Source: an uncultured Rikenellaceae bacterium
Lineage (GTDB): Bacteria; Bacteroidota; Bacteroidia; Bacteroidales; VadinHA17
Assembly: GCA_964516485.1 (NCBI GenBank)
Contig: CAZEYY010000001.1
Span: forward strand, 12,653 to 76,652
Direction of reading: 5' to 3'
DNA length: 64,000 nucleotides
The position numbers and the translations under genes were made by a program. This document shows, one piece after another, positions 18,986-29,190 of the stretch (position 1 is the first letter of the stretch; every line of letters begins with the position of its first letter). The notes below the pieces were generated by a model. The model was not told the DNA's origin, did no database searches, and was given only the letters and a program-made list of their open reading frames with translations.

Positions 18986-21439
18986 ATGCGTACTCAGGTA
19001 ATAATAATATCACTCGTTTTCCTCTTTCTTGCTCCTCTGTTAATGGCGCAGCAGCAGGTCAGAATTTCCGGAACAGTAAAAGATAAACACACCGGGGAAA
19101 AACTGATTGGCGCTAATATAGTTGAGCAGGGTACAATACGTGGGATTACAACCGATTACAATGGATATTTCAGTATTGTTGTAAATGGCAATTCAGCGCT
19201 GGAAGTTTCTTATCTGGGTTATAAAAAAGATATGATTGCATTGTATCTTAAAAAGGATACAATTATTAATATATTCCTTAATCCGGCCACTGAACAACTG
19301 GAAGAAGTTTTAGTTTCAGCTCCCCGCACGCCCAGGTTTAATATAGCAACTATCAATTATCAGCAGATGACTCAGATGCCCTCAATCGGTGGTAAGCCTG
19401 ATGTAATTAAGAGCCTGCAGCTTATGCCCGGCATAAATAATCAGAATGAAGGATCAAGCCTGATGCTTGTTCGTGGAGGCGATCCCGGTCAGAATCTTTA
19501 TTTATTTGATAATGTACCTCTTATTTATGTGAATCATCTCGGAGGATTTCTGTCAGTATTCAATCCTGAAATAATTAACAATATAGATGTTTACAAAGGA
19601 GGTTTTCCTTCAAGGTATGGAGGCAAACTTTCTTCTGTTGTTGATATTGCTCAGAGGGAAGGAGATAATTCAGAGCTGAAAGGTTCGCTGGGAATAGGAA
19701 TCACGGATGCTTCTTTTACTCTTGAGGGTCCATTGAAGGTGAAGAATACATCTTTCATATTAACAGGACGAAAAACAATGATTGACCCATTAATGGCCTT
19801 GATAAGTTCTCTATCGGACGGAAGCAACTATATCGTTTCATACGGTTTTCATGACATCAACGGGAAATTTACCTGGAAACCTGATGAAAAGAACACTTTT
19901 AGTGTGAACATATACCAGGGTGATGATTACCTTAATTACTGGTCGCGCAACAATGCTAACTCCAATGAGAAATACCGTCTGAATAATGTATGGGGCAACT
20001 GGCTGGTATCTGCCAGGCTAAACTCACTTATATCTTCAAAACTATATGCTTCAAACAGGATATCTTTTACACGTTACCGTTTAAAGGAGCTGATGAAGTA
20101 CTCCTTAACGAGTTCAGCAGATACATCAAAGTTAAAGATCAGATATATATCTTCTGTTCAGGATCTTTCTTACAGTTCTGACTGGAAATACAACGCATTT
20201 AAAAACTGGATAATTGATTTCGGACTGCAAACTTCTCTGCTTAAGTTTGTCCCTAATAATTCGTACATATCCTCACAAAAAAATCAGCAACCGGCTGATA
20301 TCACCAATTCACTCGAAACTGCCTTGTATGCTGAAAATAGAATTACATTTCTCAATACCAGCCTGGCCACTTTTGGTTTGCGACTTGTAAATTATACTAC
20401 AACTGGTTACATGCATTTTTCACTTGAACCCAGGTTAAATTTAAATGTCTCAGTTGCTGAAAACCATATGCTGAATGCAAGTTTTATGAGGGTGTCGCAA
20501 TTCTCTCATCTTGCTTTTACTACAGGAAGTATAATGAATAATGAGGTATGGATACCTGCAGGCAAAAAAATTCCTCCGGCACTGTCTGATCAGTTCACTT
20601 TAGGATGGAACGGTGATTACAGTAATAACATGTTTAGCTCTGAAATAAATCTTTACTATAAGAATATGCAAAACCTCTCTACTTTCAGAGAGGGATACAC
20701 AAATTTAATGGGAGATGAGAATTGGTCTTCAAAAATTGAGTCTGGTGGAGAAGGGAAATCAATAGGCGCTGAATTTCTCATTAGAAAGAACTCCGGAAAA
20801 TGGACAGGTTTTGTCAGCTATGCGCGAACCAGAACAACGCGTCAGTATCCGAATATTAACAACGGAAGAGAATATCTTTTTGATTATAACCGGCCGAATT
20901 CACTCTCCTTGAATGTCAGTTACAAATTCAGTGAAAAACTGTCATTTAACTTACTTTGGGTTTATCAGTCCGGGTTACCCTACACTCAAGCTATTGGCAG
21001 ATACTATTTGCCTTCGTTGGAGAACGATTATAGAGGTAACAGCTATTATTATGAAGCGTTGATCTATGGTGAGAGGAACTGTTCAAAGATGAAAGATTAT
21101 CACAGGCTCGATATAGGGATTAGTTACTCGAAACGGACAAAAGTTAAAAAGAATAAAGCGATCTGGAATTTCTCTGTTTATAATGTTTACAACCGTCATA
21201 ATCCTGTATACTACTATTACAATACAAATAATACCGGTGAAATATTTATGCCTGAATGGGGAGGAGAAAATAAGCCTCTTTCACTTTATCAGTTAAGTCT
21301 GTTTCCTATTATTCCGACTATTTCCTATAAGGTCTTTTTCGATTTCAAACCTTCTGAAAACAATGACATAAAAACAAGGGATAAAAGCAAAATCCCTTTT
21401 AAACAAAAGTTTAATAACTGGATCTACCAGAATAACTAA
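18986..21439 (+). CDS. TonB-dependent receptor with N-terminal carboxypeptidase-regulatory-like domain
   Basis: ISGTVKDKHTGEKLIGANIV (CarboxypepD_reg). Plug-domain motifs (PGINNQNEGSSLMLVRGGDPGQNLYLFDNVPL) and a long beta-barrel ending in aromatic-rich strands. Confidence 0.9.
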   Translation: MRTQVIIISLVFLFLAPLLMAQQQVRISGTVKDKHTGEKLIGANIVEQGTIRGITTDYNGYFSIVVNGNSALEVSYLGYKKDMIALYLKKDTIINIFLNPATEQLEEVLVSAPRTPRFNIATINYQQMTQMPSIGGKPDVIKSLQLMPGINNQNEGSSLMLVRGGDPGQNLYLFDNVPLIYVNHLGGFLSVFNPEIINNIDVYKGGFPSRYGGKLSSVVDIAQREGDNSELKGSLGIGITDASFTLEGPLKVKNTSFILTGRKTMIDPLMALISSLSDGSNYIVSYGFHDINGKFTWKPDEKNTFSVNIYQGDDYLNYWSRNNANSNEKYRLNNVWGNWLVSARLNSLISSKLYASNRISFTRYRLKELMKYSLTSSADTSKLKIRYISSVQDLSYSSDWKYNAFKNWIIDFGLQTSLLKFVPNNSYISSQKNQQPADITNSLETALYAENRITFLNTSLATFGLRLVNYTTTGYMHFSLEPRLNLNVSVAENHMLNASFMRVSQFSHLAFTTGSIMNNEVWIPAGKKIPPALSDQFTLGWNGDYSNNMFSSEINLYYKNMQNLSTFREGYTNLMGDENWSSKIESGGEGKSIGAEFLIRKNSGKWTGFVSYARTRTTRQYPNINNGREYLFDYNRPNSLSLNVSYKFSEKLSFNLLWVYQSGLPYTQAIGRYYLPSLENDYRGNSYYYEALIYGERNCSKMKDYHRLDIGISYSKRTKVKKNKAIWNFSVYNVYNRHNPVYYYYNTNNTGEIFMPEWGGENKPLSLYQLSLFPIIPTISYKVFFDFKPSENNDIKTRDKSKIPFKQKFNNWIYQNN

Positions 21440-21445
21440 GTATAT

Positions 21446-22000
21446 ATGAGAAGATTATTATCAGCTTTCATAATCAGTAATATGTTATTTATCGCTTCCT
21501 ATGGACAGGAATCGTACATAAAGGGTAGATGGAACATAAAAGCAGGCTACTCAGTTTACAAAACGCAGTATTTATCCAGTAGTCAGTCCGTGAATAACAA
21601 TAATTACAGGCTTGAATTAAATTATGGTCTTCGTAATAAAATTGAAACAGGTGTTTATGCCGGATATTCACGATTTATGATATATGATCCATGGATATCA
21701 GGTCCTCCGGGGTCATTTGTGGGCAATACTTGTAAAACATCCTTTTATGGAATTAACTGTAATTATCATCTGCTTCCATATCTGATAAAAGCAGATAATT
21801 TCAGGTTTGATTTATACCTGGCAGGCAAATTTGGTGGAATGTCTATAAAACGCCATGGAAGTTATCCTGAGTACTCCCTAGGAACAGGTGTTGCTTTTTA
21901 TCTGTTCAGGCATATTGGCGCTTATGCAGAGTACTCGTATGGTAAATTCTATTATAACGACAATTTTAAACTCAGATACGGCATTACACTTAAGTTCTAG
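21446..22000 (+). CDS. Small outer-membrane beta-barrel protein (OmpW/OMP_b-brl-like)
   Basis: Signal peptide ...LFIASYGQ. About 8 amphipathic strands and a C-terminal YGITLKF. Confidence 0.6.
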   Translation: MRRLLSAFIISNMLFIASYGQESYIKGRWNIKAGYSVYKTQYLSSSQSVNNNNYRLELNYGLRNKIETGVYAGYSRFMIYDPWISGPPGSFVGNTCKTSFYGINCNYHLLPYLIKADNFRFDLYLAGKFGGMSIKRHGSYPEYSLGTGVAFYLFRHIGAYAEYSYGKFYYNDNFKLRYGITLKF

Positions 22001-22341
22001 CAGAGTGATTGCCTGATAATATAAGTAAAACCGTCCCTTCGCTGTAAGGCACATTCCGCAAACCACACAAGCTCACAAACCAGCAATGGTTTGAGTAAAG
22101 AGCCTTACTGCCTGTCCAGGCTCAACCACCTATGACATCTAAAGTGGTTTGAAATGTTATATATCCGGATCAATCAAAGATTTGCCCGAATAGCTACCTT
22201 ACTGGTTCATCCTTTCTGAGAAGATTGTGGTGGATGGATTTCTTATTTATCATTTTTCAACCTGCAGTGAACCAAATGTTATTATCTTTAGGATAAGTTT
22301 GGGATTAAGCCGGAAACCTGGCCTCAGTATAATATTTAGAT

Positions 22342-23091
22342 ATGGACGCTTTGCATAAAATGCTGTCATGCAGTTTTTTACGGTTTGGAATAGTATATGC
22401 TGCCGTATTCACTTTACTTCTTACGGAAGTAGCTGCACAGTATAATCAGAGCATAGATCTCAAAGAAATCAGCCAGAAAAAAGTGAGAAAATATATACTC
22501 CGGAAGAATATTGACAAGATGCACGATTTCTCTTCAATTCGTCCGAGCTTCACAAAAGATGAAAAGGAAACAGGCCTTAAGGTAAATGAGAAGATCTTTT
22601 ATCTAAGGTCGAGGCTGGCAAGTGTATGGAATGGCTACAGGGAAGCCAATCCGGCAGAAGCATTCAACAGCAGGAGCTTTCGTCTTGAAATGATGATAAT
22701 GAAAAAGTCAAATGATGTTTTTTATAAAAATACAGTATCACTCCCTGTAATCGACACCGGACAACTGTACTTTTTTGACATCAGGCTCATGAAGGGGCTT
22801 GTAAATGTTCCTATGGCTTTTGAGGTGATTAATATTGATGACTCCAGAAAAGTATTGGAAGTGAGCTATATAGAAGGTAATAAGGCACAGGGAAAGCAGC
22901 AGGTGCAGTTTTTTGATAACGGCGATGGCAGAACGATGGTCGTTCATAAAAGCTTCTTTAAAAGTCATTCATGGCTGAGGGATACCTTCCTTTATCCGTA
23001 TTTCCACCGCCGGCTTGTCAGGGATTATCACCGGACAATGGAAAAGCTGGTGCAGGAGAATAGCAGTTCATTAATTTCTCTTGCTGAATAA
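22342..23091 (+). CDS. Hypothetical secreted protein
   Basis: Intact 249-aa ORF with signal-like FGIVYAAVFTLLLTEVAAQ. No recognisable motif. Confidence 0.45.
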   Translation: MDALHKMLSCSFLRFGIVYAAVFTLLLTEVAAQYNQSIDLKEISQKKVRKYILRKNIDKMHDFSSIRPSFTKDEKETGLKVNEKIFYLRSRLASVWNGYREANPAEAFNSRSFRLEMMIMKKSNDVFYKNTVSLPVIDTGQLYFFDIRLMKGLVNVPMAFEVINIDDSRKVLEVSYIEGNKAQGKQQVQFFDNGDGRTMVVHKSFFKSHSWLRDTFLYPYFHRRLVRDYHRTMEKLVQENSSSLISLAE

Positions 23092-23116
23092 TCGGATATT
23101 CCGGTTAATCAGCAGT

Positions 23117-24961
23117 TTATTTCAGCTTGGTCTGAATATCCTTTATTGCTTCAATAAGCCTGTCAATCTCTTCAGCAGTATTTCCGATCCCGAAACTTAT
23201 CCTGACGACTCCGGGGAGAGAGATTTTTGGAAGCAGGGTGAGCATCACCCCCTGGAATTGTTCCAGGGCATGAGGTACCTTAAGAAGTCTTTTAACAAGG
23301 ATATGTGCGCAATGACACCCGTATCTTACTCCTATCCCTCTGTCAGACAGGGCTGAAGCAAGTTTGTCAGGCCATATCTTCTTCATGCTGAATACAATAA
23401 CGCCTCCTTTTCTTTCAAATTTCTCAGAACGGGAATCCTTTACTCCGTATACTTCCAGACCTTCAATTCCTGAGAGTCCGGCAAGCGCCTTCGAGGTAAG
23501 TTTCTTTTCCTCTTCTTCTATAATGTTCATGCCAATCCTGCTGAGAAGAACAATAGCTTTGCCCAGAGCGGCAATTCCAGTCACATTCTCTTCTCCCGAT
23601 CTTATGATTAGTGCCTTGTCAGCTAAAGAGGACTTTATTAAACCTTTTCTTACAATAAGGGCTCCGCTTCCGAAAGGTGCATAGAGCTTATGTGCTGAGA
23701 AAGCCAGGTAATCAATATCCCAGTCTTTCATGTCAATTTTCCTGTGAGCTGCCAGCTGCGCAGCATCTGCTAAAATCCTGGCGCCGTATTTATGCACAAT
23801 TTCACTGATCTTCTTAAGGTTATTAAAGCAGCCAAGAACATTTGATCCCCCGCTTATTGACACAAGCCCAATTCTTTTACTGCCATGACTCTTAGTAAAA
23901 TTATAGTCTACAAGTATGCTTTCGAGAGCAATAGTGTTTATAAATCCTTCGTCGTCGATATCAAGCCTGATAACAGCATTTTTATTTTTCCTGCGCCATG
24001 GCAGATCATTTGAGGTATGCTCGAGTAATGTTGTAAGTACAATATTATCAGCGTTCTCTGTTGCTTCAGAATGAAATGAATCAGCTGCAAGATTAATGGC
24101 CTCTGTAGTATTTGAGGTGAAAATTATTTCATAATCTGACGGAGGAGCATTGAAAAACTCTGAGCATATTGACTTTGTTTCAGTTATTATTTCATTATGA
24201 AACTCATCTGCTTGCTGCCAGACCTTCAAAACAGTTTCCCAGACCTGACTGAATGTCTGGGTGCTGGCAGCATTGTCAAAGTTTATAAAGGGTCTGTCAC
24301 CGGTTTTTGTATTTATATGCATCTGATAACCAATCATTTTCCTTCTCAATTCATTCAAAAGATCATGGCCTCTGAGATGAACAAGATCATCGTGGTGGAG
24401 AAGGTATTTCCCTGTAGAAGTATCAGATGACAGCTCAGTGGTTTTCCGGATTTCAGTTTTATCTCTGAGCTTTAACAGGGATGCAAATGCACAAATATTA
24501 ACAACGGGAGGAGTGCCTGCTTCAAATTTATCAGCTCCCTTAGCCCATATCACCCAGTCAGCAGAAACAAGCCTTGCAGTTCCTCCTCCTGCATAAAAAG
24601 GCCATCCCTTCGGCAGAGCTTTTTTTCTGACTGCAAATGCCCTTATTCCAAGGGGTATGCCATGATCATTGCTTGAGAACAATTTATAGTCCTTGCTGTC
24701 AATCAGGCCCGAAAGTTTCCCGGCGCCTGCAGGAGTACAGAATACTATTGTATAATTCTTCCTGTCAAAACCTGAATATTCAATAAGCGCTTCCCTGGCT
24801 TCTTCATAATATTCAGTTGTTTTACGTGAAAAATATCCGCTTCCGCGATGAACATTTGAATAAGTTGAAAGTATTTTAAATACAGATTTGCTGAATTCTT
24901 CAAAACCTGACGGAATTGAAGTCTCAGGCTTACCGGCTGTATTAGATTCATAATGATCCAT
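23117..24961 (-). CDS. Class V aminotransferase-fold PLP enzyme (cysteine desulfurase/SufS-like) with a degenerate N-terminal pseudo-module
   Basis: The C-terminal roughly 400 aa is a full class V fold: FTSNTTEAINLAA, the PLP-lysine motif AFSAHKLYAPFGSGALIV, SGEENVTGIAALGKA and GVRYGCHCAH. The N-terminal roughly 170 aa repeats the outer parts of the fold (NVHRGSGYFSRK..., GGGTARLV..., KFEAGTPPV) and lacks the PLP core. Confidence 0.85.
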   Translation of the reverse strand: MDHYESNTAGKPETSIPSGFEEFSKSVFKILSTYSNVHRGSGYFSRKTTEYYEEAREALIEYSGFDRKNYTIVFCTPAGAGKLSGLIDSKDYKLFSSNDHGIPLGIRAFAVRKKALPKGWPFYAGGGTARLVSADWVIWAKGADKFEAGTPPVVNICAFASLLKLRDKTEIRKTTELSSDTSTGKYLLHHDDLVHLRGHDLLNELRRKMIGYQMHINTKTGDRPFINFDNAASTQTFSQVWETVLKVWQQADEFHNEIITETKSICSEFFNAPPSDYEIIFTSNTTEAINLAADSFHSEATENADNIVLTTLLEHTSNDLPWRRKNKNAVIRLDIDDEGFINTIALESILVDYNFTKSHGSKRIGLVSISGGSNVLGCFNNLKKISEIVHKYGARILADAAQLAAHRKIDMKDWDIDYLAFSAHKLYAPFGSGALIVRKGLIKSSLADKALIIRSGEENVTGIAALGKAIVLLSRIGMNIIEEEEKKLTSKALAGLSGIEGLEVYGVKDSRSEKFERKGGVIVFSMKKIWPDKLASALSDRGIGVRYGCHCAHILVKRLLKVPHALEQFQGVMLTLLPKISLPGVVRISFGIGNTAEEIDRLIEAIKDIQTKLK

Positions 24962-25103
24962 TGATTTAATGAGTTTAATTTGAGATAATTAAAGGTAAAC
25001 ATATTTTCAGATCAACTGCTGATTCCTGTATTTTGAGTGAAAAAAGGTTAAATGTGCAGATCAATCCGCTTGTTTTTTTAAGTTTGTTTAAAAAATAAGC
25101 GCC

Positions 25104-26162
25104 ATGGGAAAAATTGACCGCCGTAGTTTTTTGAGGACATCCGTCATAGCCGGAGCTGCAAGTTCCTTCATAGGACCTTTTGACATAATCAGTTCTCCAT
25201 CGTACCAGGTGAATCCCACATCTCCGAAAGTAGCGATTTCAAACGGTGACAGCAGGGCAGACCTTGCATTCAGGGCCCTTGAACCTTTTTCAAAAGAGAT
25301 TAAGGAAGCTATAGGTAAGAAAAGGGTTGTACTTAAACCAAACAATGTATCCACAGAAGTTCCGCTCTGTGCAACCCATACCGAAACTATGGAAGGGATC
25401 CTTGAGTTTCTTAAATCAATTAAGAAGCTTGACAATGTGATAATTGCCGAATCTGCAGCCAATGCTCCTACCTTTGAGGGATTCAGTAATTACGGCTATT
25501 TCAGCCTTGAAAAGAAATACCCTTCAGTGAAATTTGTTGACCTTGACAGTGAAGGATCAGAAGTACTTTATGTATTTGATGAAAAGGATTTCAGACCACA
25601 CCCGGTAAGGTTCTCAAAGATCATCCTCAGCCCTGATTCCTACGTTATCTCCTGTGCCAGGTTGAAAACACATAATCTGGCAGTGGCAACCCTTTCACTC
25701 AAGAATATAGTGTTTGGTGCTCCCATAAAAGACCTGGGATTCAGGCTTGACAAAAACACCAAAGCAGGTACAAGATGCGATAAGCCCACAGTTCACGGCA
25801 GCGGTGCACGGGGAATCAATTACAACCTTTATGCTCTTGCATCACGTGTTCATCCTCACCTGGCAGTAATTGACGGTTTCCAGGGGATGGAAGGTAACGG
25901 CCCGCGTCTCGGAACTCCCGTTGACCACAGGATATGTGTTGCAAGTACCGACTGGTTCGCAGCCGACAGGGTGGCAGTTGAACTTATGGGAATTGATTTC
26001 AGTTTAGTTGGCTATCTGAACTATTGTGCGCAGACCGGTCTGGGTGAAGCTGATTTAAATAAGATAGAAATCGTTGGTGAAAGAATCGCCGACCACAGAA
26101 GAAAATACAAACTCCACGAAAACATAGAACAACAACTGGTCTGGATGAAACCTGTTGTATAA
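25104..26162 (+). CDS. TAT-signal DUF362 domain protein
   Basis: Twin-arginine motif DRRSFLRTSVIAGAASS. DUF362-like blocks VVLKPN, ARLKTHN and LAVIDGFQGMEGNGP. Confidence 0.7.
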   Translation: MGKIDRRSFLRTSVIAGAASSFIGPFDIISSPSYQVNPTSPKVAISNGDSRADLAFRALEPFSKEIKEAIGKKRVVLKPNNVSTEVPLCATHTETMEGILEFLKSIKKLDNVIIAESAANAPTFEGFSNYGYFSLEKKYPSVKFVDLDSEGSEVLYVFDEKDFRPHPVRFSKIILSPDSYVISCARLKTHNLAVATLSLKNIVFGAPIKDLGFRLDKNTKAGTRCDKPTVHGSGARGINYNLYALASRVHPHLAVIDGFQGMEGNGPRLGTPVDHRICVASTDWFAADRVAVELMGIDFSLVGYLNYCAQTGLGEADLNKIEIVGERIADHRRKYKLHENIEQQLVWMKPVV

Positions 26163-26174
26163 CATGTTTTCTCG

Positions 26175-26195
26175 GGCTGGTCTTTAAGATCAGCC
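26175..26195. terminator. Candidate bidirectional hairpin between convergent genes
   Basis: ggctggtc-tttaa-gatcagcc gives an 8-bp stem with one mismatch. It lies between the DUF362 stop (26162) and the AsmA-like stop (26190), overlapping the latter. There is no strong U-tract. Confidence 0.25.
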
Positions 26196-29180
26196 TGAAA
26201 CTTTTCTGGTCAGGGCATCGCGAATAAGCTTCCTCAATTCAATCTGCTTGTTTTCAACAGCCTTTCTTGAACTTGGCCTGTAAAATTCTGCATATCTGCA
26301 TTTTGCCAGATTGTATTTCATGGCCTCCTCGGTGCCTTTTACATCAACACCCAGCTTTATTGGCACAGGGCAATCCACTACGGAGATATGATAATCGAAG
26401 CTCATATCAAGATTATGCCTTCCTGAGATTACAGCTTTATACCTGTCCATCACTATAAGGAAAGGATATATGTCAATTTCATTCCTGAATATTGTGAATT
26501 CAGCCGACAGTGAGTCGACTTTATTCTCGGCATGTTTGCTGAATTTAAGGGTTTTGGCTATCTCGCCGAAAGTCTCACCGTCCATCAGCACGAGGTTATT
26601 GCCCTTGATTGATGAGGCTCCGCGGATAGTTGATTTTTTAAGGTTGTACAGGGAATCGAGGTAGGTCTCAACGGCTATATGGAATTCCGCTTTTCCTTTA
26701 AATGACCGGAGCATGGGCATGATAGTATCAATATCAGGTATCATTGCAAGCAGTCTGTCAATCTCAATGTCAAGCATGTGGTAGTCAAGGCCGAGGTACA
26801 GATGATTCCTGCGTGGTGTCTGATACATGGCAGTTAGCTGGATCTTTGCAGCCGGTGTTTTCAGCTGTAAACCGTCAAGTACCAGGGTGCCGTCGTGAAC
26901 CTGTACGTTGCCGATAATATTTGTAGCTGTGTCGATCCCCATTATAGCCTTGCCTATATTAGTAGTGAGAAACAGATCAATGCCTTTCGGAACCATGTAA
27001 GGTCCTGTATATGTAGTGTCAGATTCAGAGCTTGCAGCATTTTCTGAGGCAGTAGAGTCAGTCTGCCCGATACCACTTGTAAGGGCCATCAGCTGACCTA
27101 CGTCAGTGATGTTTGAAAGAAAGCTGAAATCGCCTCTCAGAACAGAATCTCCCCTGTAATAAGAAAGGATATTGCTGAGGTTTCCCCTAAGCTGAAAATC
27201 AGATTTGTCGATTTTGAATCTGCTCTCCTGGATCCTGAAGTTCTGGGGATCAAAATTCATGTTGACTGCAGGGATCTCCACAGGATATTCCAGACCGTCA
27301 ACTTTAATGTTTCCTTCATCCATCTCGAATGATCCTTTTGCTAGCCATTGCAGGAAAATATCCTTCTGACCGTTATCATTGAGGATGTCTGTTTCAAGCC
27401 TTATCCTTCCTGTGGCAACAGAATTTTTCCCTGCTGCGGCTTCAAGGTTTCTGCTTGTGTATGAAAGCACTATATGAGGCTGATCAGGTCCGAATGATCC
27501 CGGTGATACATCAAGCTTTCCGGAAGGATCTGATAATGAAATACTTATTGTGTCCATGGAGGCTGACAGGGAGTCCATACTGAAGGAGCATACCAGGTCG
27601 GGAATTCTGCTTGTGTCCCTTGCATCAGAGGTCTCAAGAGCCAGAGTTGCATTTTTCAGAATGGCCTTATAGCTTCCGGGGACTTCAGCTGTGAGGTCAC
27701 CCATATTTATTTTTGCCTTGGCGAACCTTGCAGCCTTTGATGAAGGTTTTAAAGCGGGAACTGAAAAGTCAACATCCGATCTGCGGGTTCTGACAACCAT
27801 GCTGTCATAATCTGCATAAAAATCTGTAAGCCTGAGGCTGCCTGAAAACCTCATTCTTTCAAGCTGCATCTTTTCAAGCTGGCTGAGTGTAAAGGCAGAT
27901 TTGACCTTTCCGCTTACCCTTCCTTTTACTTCCATATCCAGACTGTCGGGAATCATTGATTCAAACTCATCAACTGTTATTCCTGCTGTTGTTGTCAGGT
28001 CACAGTAAATATCAGAGAACAACTGTTTTACAATACCCTCAACGGAAAACGATGACCGTGGTGTTTTAGCGGTGAATTCATTTATTTTCAAAAATGAGAT
28101 CTTATCGTCTGAAAGATCGGTATAGATATCAACACTTCCGGCAATGTCGTGAAGTGGAAGCGGGAAATCAGAATATTTCAGATTTCCGTTTTTCAGCAGA
28201 AGTTTAATATCCATAAGCGGCATAAGCGAATCGTTCATGATTCCCTTAATAGTTCCGTTTGATGATAATTCCCCGTCAATGTCAATTCCTTCAAGGTATG
28301 AGGTATACGATGGCGGGACAAGTGCGGTAATTCGCTTTACAGGCCATGCTTCAAAGCTATATGCAAGGTCGGTAACAATATTGCCGTTAAGAGTATCATT
28401 CTCAACAGTTCCGTTAATTACAAGCTTCATCTCATTTACAGTGGCCTCTGCATCCTTAAGCTTTGCAAGTTCCTTTGAGATTGAGAAGTCGAGAGGAAGA
28501 TCCAGTTTCACAGCGGCATTCTGAAGATATTTTTCTCCGTCATAATCAAAACTGATGGAAGGGGTTTCCATTGTTATCCTGCCGCTGAGGCTGTCGGGAA
28601 GTAATATGCCGGAAATTACTGCATTTAGCTTTTTTATGCCTGTTGACATCTTAAGGGAAAGGTCATTGTAGCTTATGTCGATATCTTTCAGGGAAATGTT
28701 TTTAATATCTATCCGTGGGGTAACTGATTCTTCCTCAGCATCATCTGCTTCGGGTGCAGTGTCAGGCGCAACAATATTGTAATTGGAGTTCCCAAGTGAA
28801 TCAGCCCACAGATTTATTGTACCTCCGTTCATTTCCATCCCGACAAGCACTATATCACTGGTTTTCCACCATGTTTTTATATCAACAATACCGGTAAACT
28901 CATTCATGCTTACCAGGGTATCTGACTGTGCTCCTGTAGTCGGATTGATGAGTCTGAAGTTTTTAATCTTTATACCGAAGTCGGGGAAGGTGCTGAAGAA
29001 TGTTAGTTCGATCTCCCCGAGTTCTGACTGGCATGTAAGCAATTTGTCAGCCTGTTTGTTTACAATCGGGGTTAAGCGTTCAGGAGTGAAAACAAGCCAG
29101 ATGGCTATGCTGACAATTATCAGAACCAGTCCGATAAGCGACAGTACGGAAACAAGTGTGATCTTTATGGCCTTTTTCAT
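26190..29180 (-). CDS. AsmA-family outer-membrane biogenesis/lipid-transfer-like protein
   Basis: A single N-terminal TM (ITLVSVLSLIGLVLIIVSIAIWLVF) followed by about 950 aa of repetitive beta-rich sequence. The C-terminal region is typical of the AsmA_2 architecture. Confidence 0.75.
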   Translation of the reverse strand: MKKAIKITLVSVLSLIGLVLIIVSIAIWLVFTPERLTPIVNKQADKLLTCQSELGEIELTFFSTFPDFGIKIKNFRLINPTTGAQSDTLVSMNEFTGIVDIKTWWKTSDIVLVGMEMNGGTINLWADSLGNSNYNIVAPDTAPEADDAEEESVTPRIDIKNISLKDIDISYNDLSLKMSTGIKKLNAVISGILLPDSLSGRITMETPSISFDYDGEKYLQNAAVKLDLPLDFSISKELAKLKDAEATVNEMKLVINGTVENDTLNGNIVTDLAYSFEAWPVKRITALVPPSYTSYLEGIDIDGELSSNGTIKGIMNDSLMPLMDIKLLLKNGNLKYSDFPLPLHDIAGSVDIYTDLSDDKISFLKINEFTAKTPRSSFSVEGIVKQLFSDIYCDLTTTAGITVDEFESMIPDSLDMEVKGRVSGKVKSAFTLSQLEKMQLERMRFSGSLRLTDFYADYDSMVVRTRRSDVDFSVPALKPSSKAARFAKAKINMGDLTAEVPGSYKAILKNATLALETSDARDTSRIPDLVCSFSMDSLSASMDTISISLSDPSGKLDVSPGSFGPDQPHIVLSYTSRNLEAAAGKNSVATGRIRLETDILNDNGQKDIFLQWLAKGSFEMDEGNIKVDGLEYPVEIPAVNMNFDPQNFRIQESRFKIDKSDFQLRGNLSNILSYYRGDSVLRGDFSFLSNITDVGQLMALTSGIGQTDSTASENAASSESDTTYTGPYMVPKGIDLFLTTNIGKAIMGIDTATNIIGNVQVHDGTLVLDGLQLKTPAAKIQLTAMYQTPRRNHLYLGLDYHMLDIEIDRLLAMIPDIDTIMPMLRSFKGKAEFHIAVETYLDSLYNLKKSTIRGASSIKGNNLVLMDGETFGEIAKTLKFSKHAENKVDSLSAEFTIFRNEIDIYPFLIVMDRYKAVISGRHNLDMSFDYHISVVDCPVPIKLGVDVKGTEEAMKYNLAKCRYAEFYRPSSRKAVENKQIELRKLIRDALTRKVSG

Positions 29181-29190
29181 CTCCCTGCGT

